A stretch of 64,000 nucleotides of DNA from an uncultured Flavobacteriaceae bacterium (GCA_964636665.1 CAZWVT010000001.1:72542-136541); one strand, 5' to 3'; positions 1 to 10,298 are shown, counted from the first letter of the stretch. Notes: generated by a model from the letters alone, not told the origin. Numbers and translations are program-made.

Positions 1-1065
1 GAAAAATTGCTTCCTCCTTATGAAGAAGCCATCGAATCTTTAAAGCAATTAGACCATTCCAAACTTTTATTGCAAGATAAAAACAAAGAATATTACAGCG
101 CACTGACAGAAATCGTCAAGCGTTATTTGGATCGCGAAATTGACGATACGGCACTTGAAAGTACGAGTGATGAGCTAATCCAGCGTTTGTTAATGCACAA
201 ACAAGCCGGGAATTTTGATTTCAGTCAAGAAACCATTCTTAAATTAGACCAGATATTCAAACGTGCAGATCTCGTAAAGTTTGCACGCATGAACCAAGAA
301 AACAGTCAAGCACAAACCGACCGGAAAACCATTGAAGAGATTATAAACGAAACCAAAGAAATTATTCCCGAACCTCAAGAAGATGACTTGAAATTAAATC
401 AGGAATACATCGAAAAACTCGAACGTAAAAAACGGCAGAGAAAATGGATTTACGGAATCAGTACGGTTGCCGGCATTCTCATTTTAGGAGTACTTCTTTA
501 CGGAACCATAAGCGGATTTGACAATTTGAAAACAGCAGTTTTGGGTAATCCTATGAAAGAATACGCTTCTCAAACTTGGGTAAAAAGCGAATACGGAAAT
601 CCTGCGGTTATTGTTGAAACTCCAGATGTTTTATTGCGTATCGATTCAGAAGAAAATGCTTCTATGGATGTTTTTGTCTTCGGAACAATGAAAGCTCCGT
701 TATACATTGAAGTTTCTACTGTTAAATTAAATCAAAACGAATCTGCTGACTTATCCCAAGCTTTAGAATTTGCGCTTACACAATTGGAAGTAAAAGGCGC
801 AAAAAATATGATTGTAAAACGCGACGGATTTGAAACTGACAAAGGCATTACCGGAGTTCGCGCTTTTGGAGAGTTTAATTATATGGTCAGCCCCAATCGT
901 GTTTTAAAAGAAAGCAGTTATTATGAATTGGTCTTATTTGCCCAGCAAAACGGATTGCAAAAAGTATTGGTCGTTTATCAAGATGACAACGACATTGCAG
1001 AAGAAGTCAAAAATCGAATTTTCCAATCATTGGAGTTAGAAATTATTCAATCCTATGGAAGGTAA
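1..1065 (+). CDS. Membrane protein encoded directly upstream of batA (5' end truncated by window edge)
   Basis: The frame is open from base 1; the track start at 7 is an internal TTG. One TM helix (IYGISTVAGILILGVLLYGTI) follows a basic patch KKRQRKW. The 11-nt overlap with the batA start suggests the same operon. Confidence 0.6.
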   Translation, partial: EKLLPPYEEAIESLKQLDHSKLLLQDKNKEYYSALTEIVKRYLDREIDDTALESTSDELIQRLLMHKQAGNFDFSQETILKLDQIFKRADLVKFARMNQENSQAQTDRKTIEEIINETKEIIPEPQEDDLKLNQEYIEKLERKKRQRKWIYGISTVAGILILGVLLYGTISGFDNLKTAVLGNPMKEYASQTWVKSEYGNPAVIVETPDVLLRIDSEENASMDVFVFGTMKAPLYIEVSTVKLNQNESADLSQALEFALTQLEVKGAKNMIVKRDGFETDKGITGVRAFGEFNYMVSPNRVLKESSYYELVLFAQQNGLQKVLVVYQDDNDIAEEVKNRIFQSLELEIIQSYGR

Positions 1066-2059
1066 TTTTCAATATGTAAATCCGGAGTTCTTTTGGCTGT
1101 TTCTGTTGCTGCCTTTGTTGATTGCTTGGTATTGGTGGCAGCGCAACAATCAGACTGCTTCGTTTAAAATATCGACCGTTCAAGGATTTAAAACTCAAAA
1201 AAACTGGTTGGGAAAATTGCGTCCGATTCTATTTGCGATTCGTCTGTTGGCTTTGTCCGCATTGATTGTGGCTTTAGCACGCCCGAGATTGGTGGATGAA
1301 TCCACACGAACAAACACAACAAGCGGAATAGACATCATCATGGCGATGGATCTTTCAGCAAGTATGCTTGCCCGTGATTTAAAACCAAATCGACTTGAAG
1401 CTTTAAAAGCAACTGCTGCACAATTTATCCAAAACCGTCCCAATGACCGTATCGGATTGGTAGAATATGCCGGAGAAAGTTATACGCGAACACCGCTTAC
1501 AACAGATAAAGAATTATTATTGAAATCATTAAAAGAAGTTCAATACAATACAGTTATAGAAGGAGGAACAGCCATCGGCTCGGGTTTGGCAACTGCTGTA
1601 AACCGTTTAAAAGACAGTGAAGCCGTTAGCAAAGTAATTATTTTACTGACAGACGGTGATAACAATACCGGTGTAATTGACCCAAAAATTGCCAGTGAAC
1701 TTGCGGTAGAATTCGGAATTAAGGTTTATACCATCGGAATCGGAACCAAAGGAATGGCGCTTTCTCCTATTGGCATACGTCCGGACGGTAGTTTTCAATA
1801 TGGCAATGTTCCGGTAGAAATCAATGAAGAATTGATGAAAGATATTGCCAATAAAACAGGCGGCATTTATTTTAGAGCGACAGACAATCGTGAATTGGAT
1901 GAAATTTATGATGAAATAGACCAGTTGGAAACAACAGAAATCGAAGAATTCAGATATACACATTACGAAGAAAAATTCAGACCGTGGGCTTTGTTTGGTT
2001 TTGGACTTCTCGCGCTTGAATTTTTAATGCGAATTGTTTTATTTAGAGGATTTATTTAA
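1055..2059 (+). CDS. batA: BatA-type von Willebrand factor A (VWA) domain membrane protein
   Basis: N-terminal TM segments, MIDAS motif DLSAS, TDGDNN motif, C-terminal TM. It is the first of two tandem VWA genes followed by TPR, BatD-like and TPR/SH3 genes, the classic Bat operon order. Confidence 0.85.
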   Translation: MEGNFQYVNPEFFWLFLLLPLLIAWYWWQRNNQTASFKISTVQGFKTQKNWLGKLRPILFAIRLLALSALIVALARPRLVDESTRTNTTSGIDIIMAMDLSASMLARDLKPNRLEALKATAAQFIQNRPNDRIGLVEYAGESYTRTPLTTDKELLLKSLKEVQYNTVIEGGTAIGSGLATAVNRLKDSEAVSKVIILLTDGDNNTGVIDPKIASELAVEFGIKVYTIGIGTKGMALSPIGIRPDGSFQYGNVPVEINEELMKDIANKTGGIYFRATDNRELDEIYDEIDQLETTEIEEFRYTHYEEKFRPWALFGFGLLALEFLMRIVLFRGFI

Positions 2060-2064
2060 AAGTT

Positions 2065-3120
2065 ATGTATCAATTTGAACAACCTTTTTATTTTTATTTA
2101 CTGCTAACCATTCCGGTAGTGATATGTTTATCGCTGTTGATATGGTTGTGGAAAAAGAATGTTCAAAAGCGATTTATCGACAAAACCTTTTTAAACACTT
2201 TAAGTCCGAATCACTCAACTTTCAAACCTGCTCTTAAAACTGTGGTATTCTGTTTAGTGCTTGCTTTTTTGAGCATTGCTTTGGCAAATCCGAAAGTAGG
2301 TACCAAACTCGAAACCGTAAAACGCGAAGGGGTGGATATTGTTTTTGCGCTCGATGTTTCTAAAAGTATGTTGGCAGAAGACATTGCTCCCAACCGATTG
2401 GATAAATCCAAACAAATCATTACCCAAATAATCAATAACCTGACCGGTGATCGTGTAGGAATCATCGGATATGCCGGAAGTGCATTTCCGCAAGTTCCCA
2501 TAACCACCGACTTTTCGGCAGTCAGACTTTTTCTTTCCGGAATGAATACTGACATGGTTTCATCAGAAGGAACTGCTATTGTGGAAGCCATCAGATTATC
2601 TAAATCATATTTTAATGATACCGAGCAAAAAAACAAGGTATTATTTTTAGTTTCTGACGGAGAAGATCACGAAGGAAATATTTCAGAAATAGCAAGAGAA
2701 GCTGCCTCCGAAGGAATCAGGATATATCCCATCGGTGTTGGAACACGTGAAGGTGGACCCATTCCAATTCGGCAAAATGGGATTCTTCAGCATTATCTTC
2801 GAGACAGAAATAACGAACAAGTTATAAGCAGATTGGGTGAAGAAACTTTAAAGCAAATCGCTGATATTACAAATGGTGAATATCTGGACGGAGCAAATAC
2901 GCAAGCAGTTGTTGAACGCGTCAGAGCCATTTTAGGTGGAATGGATAAAGAAGAATTTGAAACACTTGAATTTACCGATTTTCAGGATCAGTTTCAGTGG
3001 TTTTTGGGTGGGGCATTGTTTTTGTTAGTAATTGATGTGTTCCTTTTAGAACGAAAAACTGCCTGGATTGAACGGTTGAATTTGTTTAATGAAAGAAGAA
3101 GAAAACGAAAAAACAATTGA
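2065..3120 (+). CDS. batB: BatB-type VWA domain membrane protein
   Basis: N-terminal TMs, MIDAS motif DVSKS, SDGEDH motif, C-terminal TM. Lies 5 nt after batA. Confidence 0.85.
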   Translation: MYQFEQPFYFYLLLTIPVVICLSLLIWLWKKNVQKRFIDKTFLNTLSPNHSTFKPALKTVVFCLVLAFLSIALANPKVGTKLETVKREGVDIVFALDVSKSMLAEDIAPNRLDKSKQIITQIINNLTGDRVGIIGYAGSAFPQVPITTDFSAVRLFLSGMNTDMVSSEGTAIVEAIRLSKSYFNDTEQKNKVLFLVSDGEDHEGNISEIAREAASEGIRIYPIGVGTREGGPIPIRQNGILQHYLRDRNNEQVISRLGEETLKQIADITNGEYLDGANTQAVVERVRAILGGMDKEEFETLEFTDFQDQFQWFLGGALFLLVIDVFLLERKTAWIERLNLFNERRRKRKNN

Positions 3121-3127
3121 CAAATTG

Positions 3128-3967
3128 ATGTTTATGAGTTTACATAAAGTATTTCGTTTGAAAGAATCTAATTTTATTCTTTTGATTCTTTTTATGTTTT
3201 TTTCTGTTCAAGTATTTTCACAATCAACCCAAAAGAAATCACAAAGACTAACTCAAGAAGCTCATAAAGCTTTGGAAAATCAGAAATTCAATCAAGCGGA
3301 AGCAAATTATAGAAAGGCAATTTCTTTAGACGAAAAAAACCAAATTGCCCGTTACAATCTCGGAACGGTATATTACAACCGGAATAAAAACGATGAAGCT
3401 TTATTGCGTTTTAGACAAGCGGCGGCTACAGCGGATTCCAAAGACGAAAAACACAAAGCATTTCACAATTTGGGAAATGTATTTATGAATAAAAAAATGT
3501 ATGCTGAAGCTGTGGAAGCATACAAAGACGCACTGCGAAACAATCCGACAGATGATGAAACGCGGTACAATTTGGCGTTGGCAAAAGATTTGTTAGATAA
3601 AAATCCGCCTCCTGAATCCGATGATGAGGATGATGAAAATCAAGAGCAAGACGAAAATCAGGAACAGGAGCAGAATCAAGATCAAAGCAATGATTCTGAA
3701 AACGAAAATGAAGATAATGAGGAAGGCTCTGAATCTGAAGATAATAAGCAAGAAGAAAGCGATGAAGATGACAGTAGCAACTCGCAACCGGAAGAAGGAG
3801 AAAGCGAAGAAGACGATGAACAACAACAGCCTGTTCCCGGACAGCTTTCACCACAACAGATTCAAAGTCTGCTGGATGCGATGAATAATGAAGAAAGACA
3901 AGTACAGGATAAAATAAATGCTGAAAGAAAACAAGGAACACCGATTAGATCCGATAAAAATTGGTAA
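3128..3967 (+). CDS. batC: BatC-type tetratricopeptide (TPR) repeat protein with long acidic low-complexity tail
   Basis: Signal/TM-like N-terminus (FILLILFMFFSVQVFSQ) and TPR-like repeats (YNLGTVYY, FHNLGNVF, YNLALAKD). I prefer the ATG at 3128 just after the batB stop; the track start at 3089 would overlap batB by 32 nt. Confidence 0.75.
   Translation: MFMSLHKVFRLKESNFILLILFMFFSVQVFSQSTQKKSQRLTQEAHKALENQKFNQAEANYRKAISLDEKNQIARYNLGTVYYNRNKNDEALLRFRQAAATADSKDEKHKAFHNLGNVFMNKKMYAEAVEAYKDALRNNPTDDETRYNLALAKDLLDKNPPPESDDEDDENQEQDENQEQEQNQDQSNDSENENEDNEEGSESEDNKQEESDEDDSSNSQPEEGESEEDDEQQQPVPGQLSPQQIQSLLDAMNNEERQVQDKINAERKQGTPIRSDKNW
3605..3832 (+). repeat. Low-complexity D/E/N/Q-rich coding tract inside batC
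   Basis: About 75 codons are almost entirely D, E, N, Q and S (PPPESDDEDDENQEQDENQEQEQNQDQSNDSENENEDNEE...). This tract generates several spurious overlapping ORFs in other frames. Confidence 0.8.
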
Positions 3968-3970
3968 GTT

Positions 3971-5740
3971 ATGAAGATGAAGAAGTATTTTCTGATTTTA
4001 TTCTTAACACTGGGCGCAGCGATAAGCAGCACGGCACAAGTGCGCTTTGAAGCCAAAGTAAGCAAAGAGCGTTTGGGCATCAACGAGCGTTTGCGTGTTG
4101 ATTTTGAAATGAATGAAGACGGAGATAATTTCCGAGCTCCGGAATTTACCGATTTTCGAGTCATCGGAGGTCCCAACCAATCCATCAGCAACACTTGGGT
4201 TAACGGCAAAAGGAGCTTTTCAAAAACTTACAGTTATTTTCTTGCGCCTCAAAAACGCGGTAAAATTACCATCGGTCAGGCGACTGTCGAAATCGACGGG
4301 GAAATCTATAAAACATCTCCAATTGAAGTTACGATAACTGAGGCTGTTGATGCTCCTACTGACGGAAACAACAGCGATTATATTGCCAGTGAAAATGTTC
4401 ATTTGGTTGCGGAAATTTCCAATACCAATCCTTACTTAAATGAGGCCATTACCGTTACCTATAAACTGTACGTATCGAACGACGTAAGTATAACAAGCCA
4501 ATGGAGGGAAATAGATTCTCCCAAATATTCTGATTTTTGGAGTCAGAATATCGACAATCGGAATTTTCAGGTGAGGCAGGGAAAATATCAGGGAAGAGAT
4601 TATCGCTATGTAATTCTCCGCACGACTGTTCTCTATCCTCAAAAAACAGGAAAATTAGAAATCTCACCTTTAACATTGGATGTTCCTATTGATGTTCAAG
4701 GAAATCGGCGAGATTTTTTTGGAAGACGGATTATGGAACGCGTAAACAAAACCATTTCGGCAGGTAAAAGAATCATTGACGTAAAACCTTTGCCTCTTGA
4801 AGGAAGACCGGACGACTTTAGCGGTGCAGTAGGAAATTTTGACTTTGAAATAAGTACAAACAAAACAACATTAAATACCAATGAATCATTACAATTGAAT
4901 TTAAAAGTAAGCGGTAACGGGAATCTAAAACTTTTTTCCCTTCCTTCCATAAAACTTCCAAGCGCCATTGAAATTTACGAACCGGAACACCGAGAAGATA
5001 TTCAGACGAATGCTCAAGGAATGAGAGGGAGTATCACCAATTCTTATACCCTTGTTCCACAGGCTCCGGGAACCTATCCGGTTCAGCCGATTCAATTTTC
5101 TTATTTTAATCCCAAAACCGAACGGTATCAAACCCTTACTTCAGAACGAATAACCATTGATGTGGAAGGCAGTCCCGTGGCGGCAAACACTCCTTTACCT
5201 CCTTCAGGTTCCGGACAGCAAGTTGTTTTATCTGAAGATAATTTTAAATACATCAAACTCGATGCTGAATTAAAACCGATAAACAAAAAGTCATTTTTCA
5301 AATCTGCTTTGTTTTGGTCAACGATGATTGGACCTGTGTTATTAATTCCTGTAATTATCTTAGCAAGCAGAAAAAGAAACCAAAGACTTTCGGATGTAGA
5401 AGGCAACCGACTCCGAAAAGCCAATCGATTGGCAAAGAAATACCTTTCTGAAGCTAAGAAAAACAGCACCAATTTAGATGTTTTTTACGAAGCTTTAGAA
5501 CGTGCACTCCATAACTTTCTGAAAGGAAAATTGAATTTGGAAACTTCCGAAATGGAAAAAAGCAGGATTTCTGCTTTATTGGTTGAAAAAAATGTGTCTG
5601 TAGAAACGGTTTCGGAGTTTATCGAACTTTTAGAAAGTTGTGAATTTGCAAGATATGCCTCTACATCTCAGAAATCTGTAAATGCTGATTATGAAAAAGC
5701 AGTCAACGTCCTGTCGGAAATTGATAAACAAATGAATTAA
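3971..5740 (+). CDS. batD: BatD-type protein (large extracytoplasmic domain, C-terminal TM anchor)
   Basis: Signal peptide MKMKKYFLILFLTLGAAISSTAQ, a beta-rich body of about 430 aa, TM FWSTMIGPVLLIPVIILA, then a cytoplasmic tail. The position after batC fits the Bat operon. Confidence 0.75.
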   Translation: MKMKKYFLILFLTLGAAISSTAQVRFEAKVSKERLGINERLRVDFEMNEDGDNFRAPEFTDFRVIGGPNQSISNTWVNGKRSFSKTYSYFLAPQKRGKITIGQATVEIDGEIYKTSPIEVTITEAVDAPTDGNNSDYIASENVHLVAEISNTNPYLNEAITVTYKLYVSNDVSITSQWREIDSPKYSDFWSQNIDNRNFQVRQGKYQGRDYRYVILRTTVLYPQKTGKLEISPLTLDVPIDVQGNRRDFFGRRIMERVNKTISAGKRIIDVKPLPLEGRPDDFSGAVGNFDFEISTNKTTLNTNESLQLNLKVSGNGNLKLFSLPSIKLPSAIEIYEPEHREDIQTNAQGMRGSITNSYTLVPQAPGTYPVQPIQFSYFNPKTERYQTLTSERITIDVEGSPVAANTPLPPSGSGQQVVLSEDNFKYIKLDAELKPINKKSFFKSALFWSTMIGPVLLIPVIILASRKRNQRLSDVEGNRLRKANRLAKKYLSEAKKNSTNLDVFYEALERALHNFLKGKLNLETSEMEKSRISALLVEKNVSVETVSEFIELLESCEFARYASTSQKSVNADYEKAVNVLSEIDKQMN

Positions 5741-5746
5741 ATCAAG

Positions 5747-6496
5747 ATGAAACAGTTCGTATATTTTATTTTTTTATTGTGCTTTGTTTCGGGATTTACT
5801 CAAAACTCCGAACTTTTTGAACGCGGCAAAGAGTTTTATAAAAACGAATCCTATCAAGAAGCTATTGACAGTTGGGAAAGAATCGTCAATAACGAAGAAG
5901 TCTCTGCGAACCTTTATTATAATTTAGGAAATGCCTATTACAAGTTAAACAATATTGGTTTAAGTATCTATTATTATGAAAAAGCACTTCAATTAAAACC
6001 TGGAGATTCAGATATTAAAAACAACTTATCCTTTGCTGAAAATGCACGAATCGATGTGATTGAACCGCTTCCTAAATCTGTATTTAAAAAATGGTATGAC
6101 GGCTTAATCGGATTATTCACAATTGACGGTTGGGCAACGCTAAGCGTAATTCTGAGTTTGCTTTTTACGAGCCTTTTCCTCGCGTATTATTTTGCGCTCT
6201 CAGAAACCAAAAAACGACTTTTATTTGCAGGAGCAATTATTTCGCTTTTATTCTGTATTGTCACACTTTCTTTGGCCTTCACATCACACTCGAAAGAATT
6301 AAACCAGCAGACTGCTATTATTTTATCAGATAGAATAGAAATCAAATCCGAACCGAGAATGGGAAGTTCTACGGCTTTTTTGTTACACGAAGGCACAAAA
6401 GTTCAGATTACTAATCGTGACAGAGATTGGTATCGGATTAAACTTGCCGATGGAAATGACGGATGGGCGCCGGTTTCTGCAATGAAAGAGTTATAA
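5747..6496 (+). CDS. batE: BatE-type TPR plus SH3b-like domain membrane protein
   Basis: Signal peptide, TPR (YYNLGNAYYKL, YYYEKALQLKP), two TM helices and a C-terminal SH3-like segment (DWYRIKLADGNDGWAP). Last gene of the operon. Confidence 0.75.
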   Translation: MKQFVYFIFLLCFVSGFTQNSELFERGKEFYKNESYQEAIDSWERIVNNEEVSANLYYNLGNAYYKLNNIGLSIYYYEKALQLKPGDSDIKNNLSFAENARIDVIEPLPKSVFKKWYDGLIGLFTIDGWATLSVILSLLFTSLFLAYYFALSETKKRLLFAGAIISLLFCIVTLSLAFTSHSKELNQQTAIILSDRIEIKSEPRMGSSTAFLLHEGTKVQITNRDRDWYRIKLADGNDGWAPVSAMKEL

Positions 6497-6533
6497 CCCT
6501 CCCTTTGCTATATTCAATATCATGAATAAACCG

Positions 6534-6541
6534 TATTTTTG
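6534..6541 (+). promoter_or_regulatory. Bacteroidota-type -7 promoter box TAnnTTTG (TATTTTTG) upstream of kbl
   Basis: Exact match to TAnnTTTG, 17 nt upstream of the ATG at 6558. Confidence 0.45.
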
Positions 6542-6557
6542 ATAAAAAATAAATATC

Positions 6558-7760
6558 ATGTACGGAAAAAAAATCAAAGAACATTTACAGAATGAACTTG
6601 AAGAAATCAAAGATAGTGGTCTCTTCAAAGTTGAGCGCATCATAACGACACCGCAAGATGCGGTAATAAAAATATCGACTGGTCAGGAAGTTATTAATAT
6701 GTGCTCAAACAATTACCTCGGGCTTTCATCACATCCGGAAGTTGTTCAAGCAGCAAAAGATACCTTAGACAGTCACGGATTTGGAATGTCATCCGTCCGG
6801 TTTATTTGTGGAACACAAGACATTCACAAAGCATTGGAAGCACGAATCGCTGAATTTTACGGAACTGAGGACACCATTCTCTATGCCGCATGTTTTGATG
6901 CAAATGCCGGAGTTTTTGAACCGCTCCTTACAGCAGAAGATGCCATCATTTCAGATTCGTTAAATCATGCTTCGATTATTGACGGCGTTCGATTGTGTAA
7001 GGCAGCTCGCTATCGTTATGAAAATAACAATATGGAAGATTTGGAAAAACAACTTCAAACCGCCGATGAAAACGGAGCTCGGTTTAAATTAATTGTTACC
7101 GATGGTGTTTTCTCAATGGATGGATTAGTTGCACCACTGGACAAAATTTGTGATTTAGCCGACAAATACGATGCAATGGTTATGGTCGATGAATGCCATG
7201 CCACAGGATTTATGGGAGCCAACGGAATCGGAGCTGTTGAAGAAAAAAGCGTTTTAAATCGTGTGGACATTGTAACCGGAACGCTTGGAAAAGCACTCGG
7301 AGGCGCTATGGGAGGATATACCACGGGTAAAAAAGAAATTATCGAAATGCTACGTCAGCGTTCGCGTCCTTATTTATTCTCAAATTCCCTCACTCCAGTT
7401 ATCGTGGGCGCTTCGTTAAAAGTATTCGACATATTGGAGAATGATAAAAGCTTCCAGCAAAGATTAAAAGAAAATACGCAATACTTTAAATCAAAAATAA
7501 AAGAAGCCGGTTTCGATATTATAGACGGCGACTCTGCTATCGTACCTATTATGCTGTACGACGCAAAGTTATCTCAACAAATGGCGGATATGTTATTGGA
7601 AGAAGGTATCTACGTAATCGGATTTTTCTTTCCTGTCGTACCTAAAAATCAAGCGCGCATTAGAGTCAATTTATCGGCAGCTCATACCCAAGAACATATT
7701 GACAAAGCTGTTAACGCATTTATAAAAGTTGGAAGAAAATTAGGAATAATTAACAGTTAA
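6558..7760 (+). CDS. kbl: Glycine C-acetyltransferase (2-amino-3-ketobutyrate CoA ligase)
   Basis: 400-aa alpha-oxoamine synthase. Motifs [15 protein letters not shown] and PLP-lysine GTLGKALGG; overall Kbl-like sequence ([13 protein letters not shown]). Confidence 0.85.
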   Translation: MYGKKIKEHLQNELEEIKDSGLFKVERIITTPQDAVIKISTGQEVINMCSNNYLGLSSHPEVVQAAKDTLDSHGFGMSSVRFICGTQDIHKALEARIAEFYGTEDTILYAACFDANAGVFEPLLTAEDAIISDSLNHASIIDGVRLCKAARYRYENNNMEDLEKQLQTADENGARFKLIVTDGVFSMDGLVAPLDKICDLADKYDAMVMVDECHATGFMGANGIGAVEEKSVLNRVDIVTGTLGKALGGAMGGYTTGKKEIIEMLRQRSRPYLFSNSLTPVIVGASLKVFDILENDKSFQQRLKENTQYFKSKIKEAGFDIIDGDSAIVPIMLYDAKLSQQMADMLLEEGIYVIGFFFPVVPKNQARIRVNLSAAHTQEHIDKAVNAFIKVGRKLGIINS

Positions 7761-7811
7761 TTCTCAATTTGCGATGATATCTATAGTACATTAGGAAAAT
7801 TTTATTAGATA

Positions 7812-7819
7812 TACCTTTG
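7812..7819 (+). promoter_or_regulatory. -7 promoter box TACCTTTG upstream of the OmpA-family gene
   Basis: Matches TAnnTTTG, 62 nt upstream of the ATG at 7881. Confidence 0.4.
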
Positions 7820-7880
7820 TTTTATATATATTAACAACTTACTTTTGTCCACTGTAACACTTATAAATTAACAATCGAAT

Positions 7881-9263
7881 ATGAAACATCTTAACAAATT
7901 TTTGATTGCTGCTGTTTTCCTTTTTGGATTTAGCGCAGCAAATGCACAAGACAAAAACAATCGATGGGCAGTTGAAATTGGTGTGAATGCAGTTGATGTA
8001 TATCCTGTAGGAACCAACGAAGCCGGTCGTATTGCTCCGGAAATGAGAGGAGATTTTTTTCATGATTTTTTCAATGTCAACGATCACTGGAATATTCTTC
8101 CCTCCGTATCACGAATAATGGTTAGCCGTTATTTAGGAAATGAAATTATATTCTCTGCCGGTGGTTCAATTAACAGATTGAGCAAATATGGAGACTATGA
8201 TGTAAATGACCTTTCATACTATTCATTAGACGGAGAAGTAAAGTATAGCTTCAAAGAACTTCTAAACATGGGTTGGCTAGATCCAAACCTTGGTGTTGGA
8301 GGTGGTTATACGTGGGTTGATGACATCGGATTTGGTACCGCAAATGTACTTTTCGGTCTTAAATTCTGGTTTACAGACAATCTTGGATTAAACTTGCAAT
8401 CAACATACAAACATGCTTTCGAAGAAGAGTACGGCATCAGCCATTTCCAACATTCCGCAGGACTCGTTTTCCAATTTGGAATGAAAGATGCTGATGGCGA
8501 CGGCATTCCTGATAAAGATGATGAATGTCCTGAAACTCCGGGATTGGCAGAATTCAACGGATGTCCTGACTCAGATGGTGATGGCATTCCTGATCATTTA
8601 GATGACTGCCCTACTGTTGCCGGTCTTCCAGAGTTTAACGGGTGTCCCGATACAGATGGTGACGGAGTTCCAGATCATTTAGATGAATGTCCTACTGTTG
8701 CCGGATTGGCTGAATTTAATGGATGTCCTGATACTGACGGTGACGGAGTTCCAGATCATTTAGACAACTGTCCAAATGAAGCAGGCCCAAAAGAAAATAA
8801 CGGTTGTCCTTGGCCGGATAGAGATGGTGACGGTGTGCCGGATCATTTAGACCAATGTCCTGACGTTGCTGGAACTGTAGCTAACAACGGATGCCCTGAA
8901 GTATCAGTTGAAGTTATTAAAAGGTTGAATGAATATTCTAAAACAATCTTATTTGACCTTGGAAAATCAACTATCCGCCAAGAATCATACGCAGTTCTTC
9001 AAGACATCGCTGATGTTATGAAAGAATATCCGAATGCCAGATTCGAAATTGAAGGTCATACTGATAATACAGGAAGTGCAGAAGTTAACTCAAGACTTTC
9101 TAAAGAAAGAGCTGCAGCTGTAAAAGACTATCTTGTTACTATCGGAATGGAGGCTGACAGATTAACCTCTGAAGGATACGGTCCTGATCGTCCAATTGCT
9201 ACAAATAATACTGCAGCAGGAAGACAAGAAAACAGACGTGTAGAAATTTCTTTAAAGAAATAA
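7881..9263 (+). CDS. OmpA-family outer-membrane protein with thrombospondin type 3 (calcium-binding) repeats
   Basis: Signal peptide (FSAANAQ), a beta-barrel-like N-terminal half, five DxDGDGVPDxxDxCP repeats, and a C-terminal OmpA_C peptidoglycan-binding domain (FDLGKSTI...GHTDNTGS...NRRVEI). Confidence 0.9.
   Translation: MKHLNKFLIAAVFLFGFSAANAQDKNNRWAVEIGVNAVDVYPVGTNEAGRIAPEMRGDFFHDFFNVNDHWNILPSVSRIMVSRYLGNEIIFSAGGSINRLSKYGDYDVNDLSYYSLDGEVKYSFKELLNMGWLDPNLGVGGGYTWVDDIGFGTANVLFGLKFWFTDNLGLNLQSTYKHAFEEEYGISHFQHSAGLVFQFGMKDADGDGIPDKDDECPETPGLAEFNGCPDSDGDGIPDHLDDCPTVAGLPEFNGCPDTDGDGVPDHLDECPTVAGLAEFNGCPDTDGDGVPDHLDNCPNEAGPKENNGCPWPDRDGDGVPDHLDQCPDVAGTVANNGCPEVSVEVIKRLNEYSKTILFDLGKSTIRQESYAVLQDIADVMKEYPNARFEIEGHTDNTGSAEVNSRLSKERAAAVKDYLVTIGMEADRLTSEGYGPDRPIATNNTAAGRQENRRVEISLKK
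8487..8897 (+). repeat. Five in-frame tandem 81-bp (27-aa) repeats encoding TSP3-like Ca-binding motifs
   Basis: The repeat units are [108 protein letters not shown] and [27 protein letters not shown]. Confidence 0.9.
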
Positions 9264-9292
9264 TATTTGTTAAATGTTCCCATAATTAAGAA

Positions 9293-9322
9293 GAACGCCT
9301 CCGTTAATTCGGGGGCGTTTCT
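9293..9322 (+). terminator. Rho-independent terminator after the OmpA-family gene
   Basis: Hairpin aacgcctcc / gggggcgtt (one G-U pair) followed by a short T-rich run. Confidence 0.55.
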
Positions 9323-9340
9323 AATTAAAATAATCTCCTA

Positions 9341-10180
9341 ATGAAAATCTATAAAAATAAAATCATTCACAGACCTGATAAAAAACCGATTCTATATGAT
9401 TTATACTTGCCGGATATTTCAAATCCCCATCATCTTGTCATCTTTATGCACGGATATAAAGGCTTTAAAGATTGGGGAGCATGGGAACTGATGGCAAAAC
9501 AATTTGCGAATAAAAACCTCGCATTTCTAAAATTTAATTTCAGCCACAATGGAACAACCATAGATGACCCGGAAAATATTACAGATTTAGAAGCTTTTGG
9601 GAATAATAATTATTCACTCGAGTTGGAAGATTTAGATGCAGTTTTAGCATTTATAAACGCTGAAGAATCTCCGGTAAAATCTCGAAATACAATTCTGATG
9701 GGACACAGTCGCGGTGGCGGAATAGCACTCATAAAAGCTGCAGAGGATTCGCAAATAGATAAGGTTATAACCTTGGCTTCGGTTTCGGATTTTAAAATTA
9801 GATTTCAAGAAAATACCGAAGCTTTTGAGAAGTGGAAAAAAACAGGAATCACCTATGTAGAAAATACGAGAACAAAACAACAACTGCCTCATTATTTCCA
9901 GTTTTATGAAGATTTTATTTCCAACGAAAAACGCTTGACAATTAGAAACGCTGTTGCTTCTCTTAAACAACCTTTGCTCATTATTCACGGCATCGGAGAT
10001 ACTTCTGTAATTAAAGAAGAGGCATTTGCTTTAAAAAATCAAAATCCGGAAGCTGAATTATTTCTTATAGATAATGCGGACCACGTCTTTGGAGCACAAC
10101 ATCCGTGGGAAAAAGATGCTCTTCCCGAAGATTTGAAAATAGCAATGACAAAAGCAATTGAATTTATTAAAACACTATGA
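9341..10180 (+). CDS. Alpha/beta-fold hydrolase
   Basis: Nucleophile elbow GHSRGG (GxSxG) and C-terminal DNADH. Length and pattern are typical of the serine hydrolase fold. Confidence 0.7.
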   Translation: MKIYKNKIIHRPDKKPILYDLYLPDISNPHHLVIFMHGYKGFKDWGAWELMAKQFANKNLAFLKFNFSHNGTTIDDPENITDLEAFGNNNYSLELEDLDAVLAFINAEESPVKSRNTILMGHSRGGGIALIKAAEDSQIDKVITLASVSDFKIRFQENTEAFEKWKKTGITYVENTRTKQQLPHYFQFYEDFISNEKRLTIRNAVASLKQPLLIIHGIGDTSVIKEEAFALKNQNPEAELFLIDNADHVFGAQHPWEKDALPEDLKIAMTKAIEFIKTL

Positions 10181-10212
10181 CAGTTAAAAAAAATTCTTAT
10201 TTTTGCCGTCCA

Positions 10213-10288
<76 letters not shown>

Positions 10289-10298
10289 CAAAACAAAA

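Noticed and set aside
3089-3127. An extended BatC start at 3089 that overlaps batB by 32 nt.
   Set aside because: The extension (MKEEENEKTIDKL) precedes the signal-like hydrophobic segment and overlaps the batB tail. The ATG at 3128, just after the batB stop, gives a normal N-terminus. This is uncertain but not biologically notable.
3483-3941. Three overlapping ORFs (3483-3941 minus, 3593-3826 minus, 3621-3884 plus) across the batC 3' region.
   Set aside because: All lie in the GAA/GAT/CAA-rich low-complexity tract, which is stop-poor in several frames. Their products are repetitive nonsense (FLLIIF..., KIKSKTK...). The batC frame fits the operon.
8487-8897. Regular tandem repeats that could suggest a CRISPR array or non-coding VNTR.
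   Set aside because: The repeats are contiguous with no spacers, in frame inside a long ORF, and encode a recognisable Ca-binding motif.
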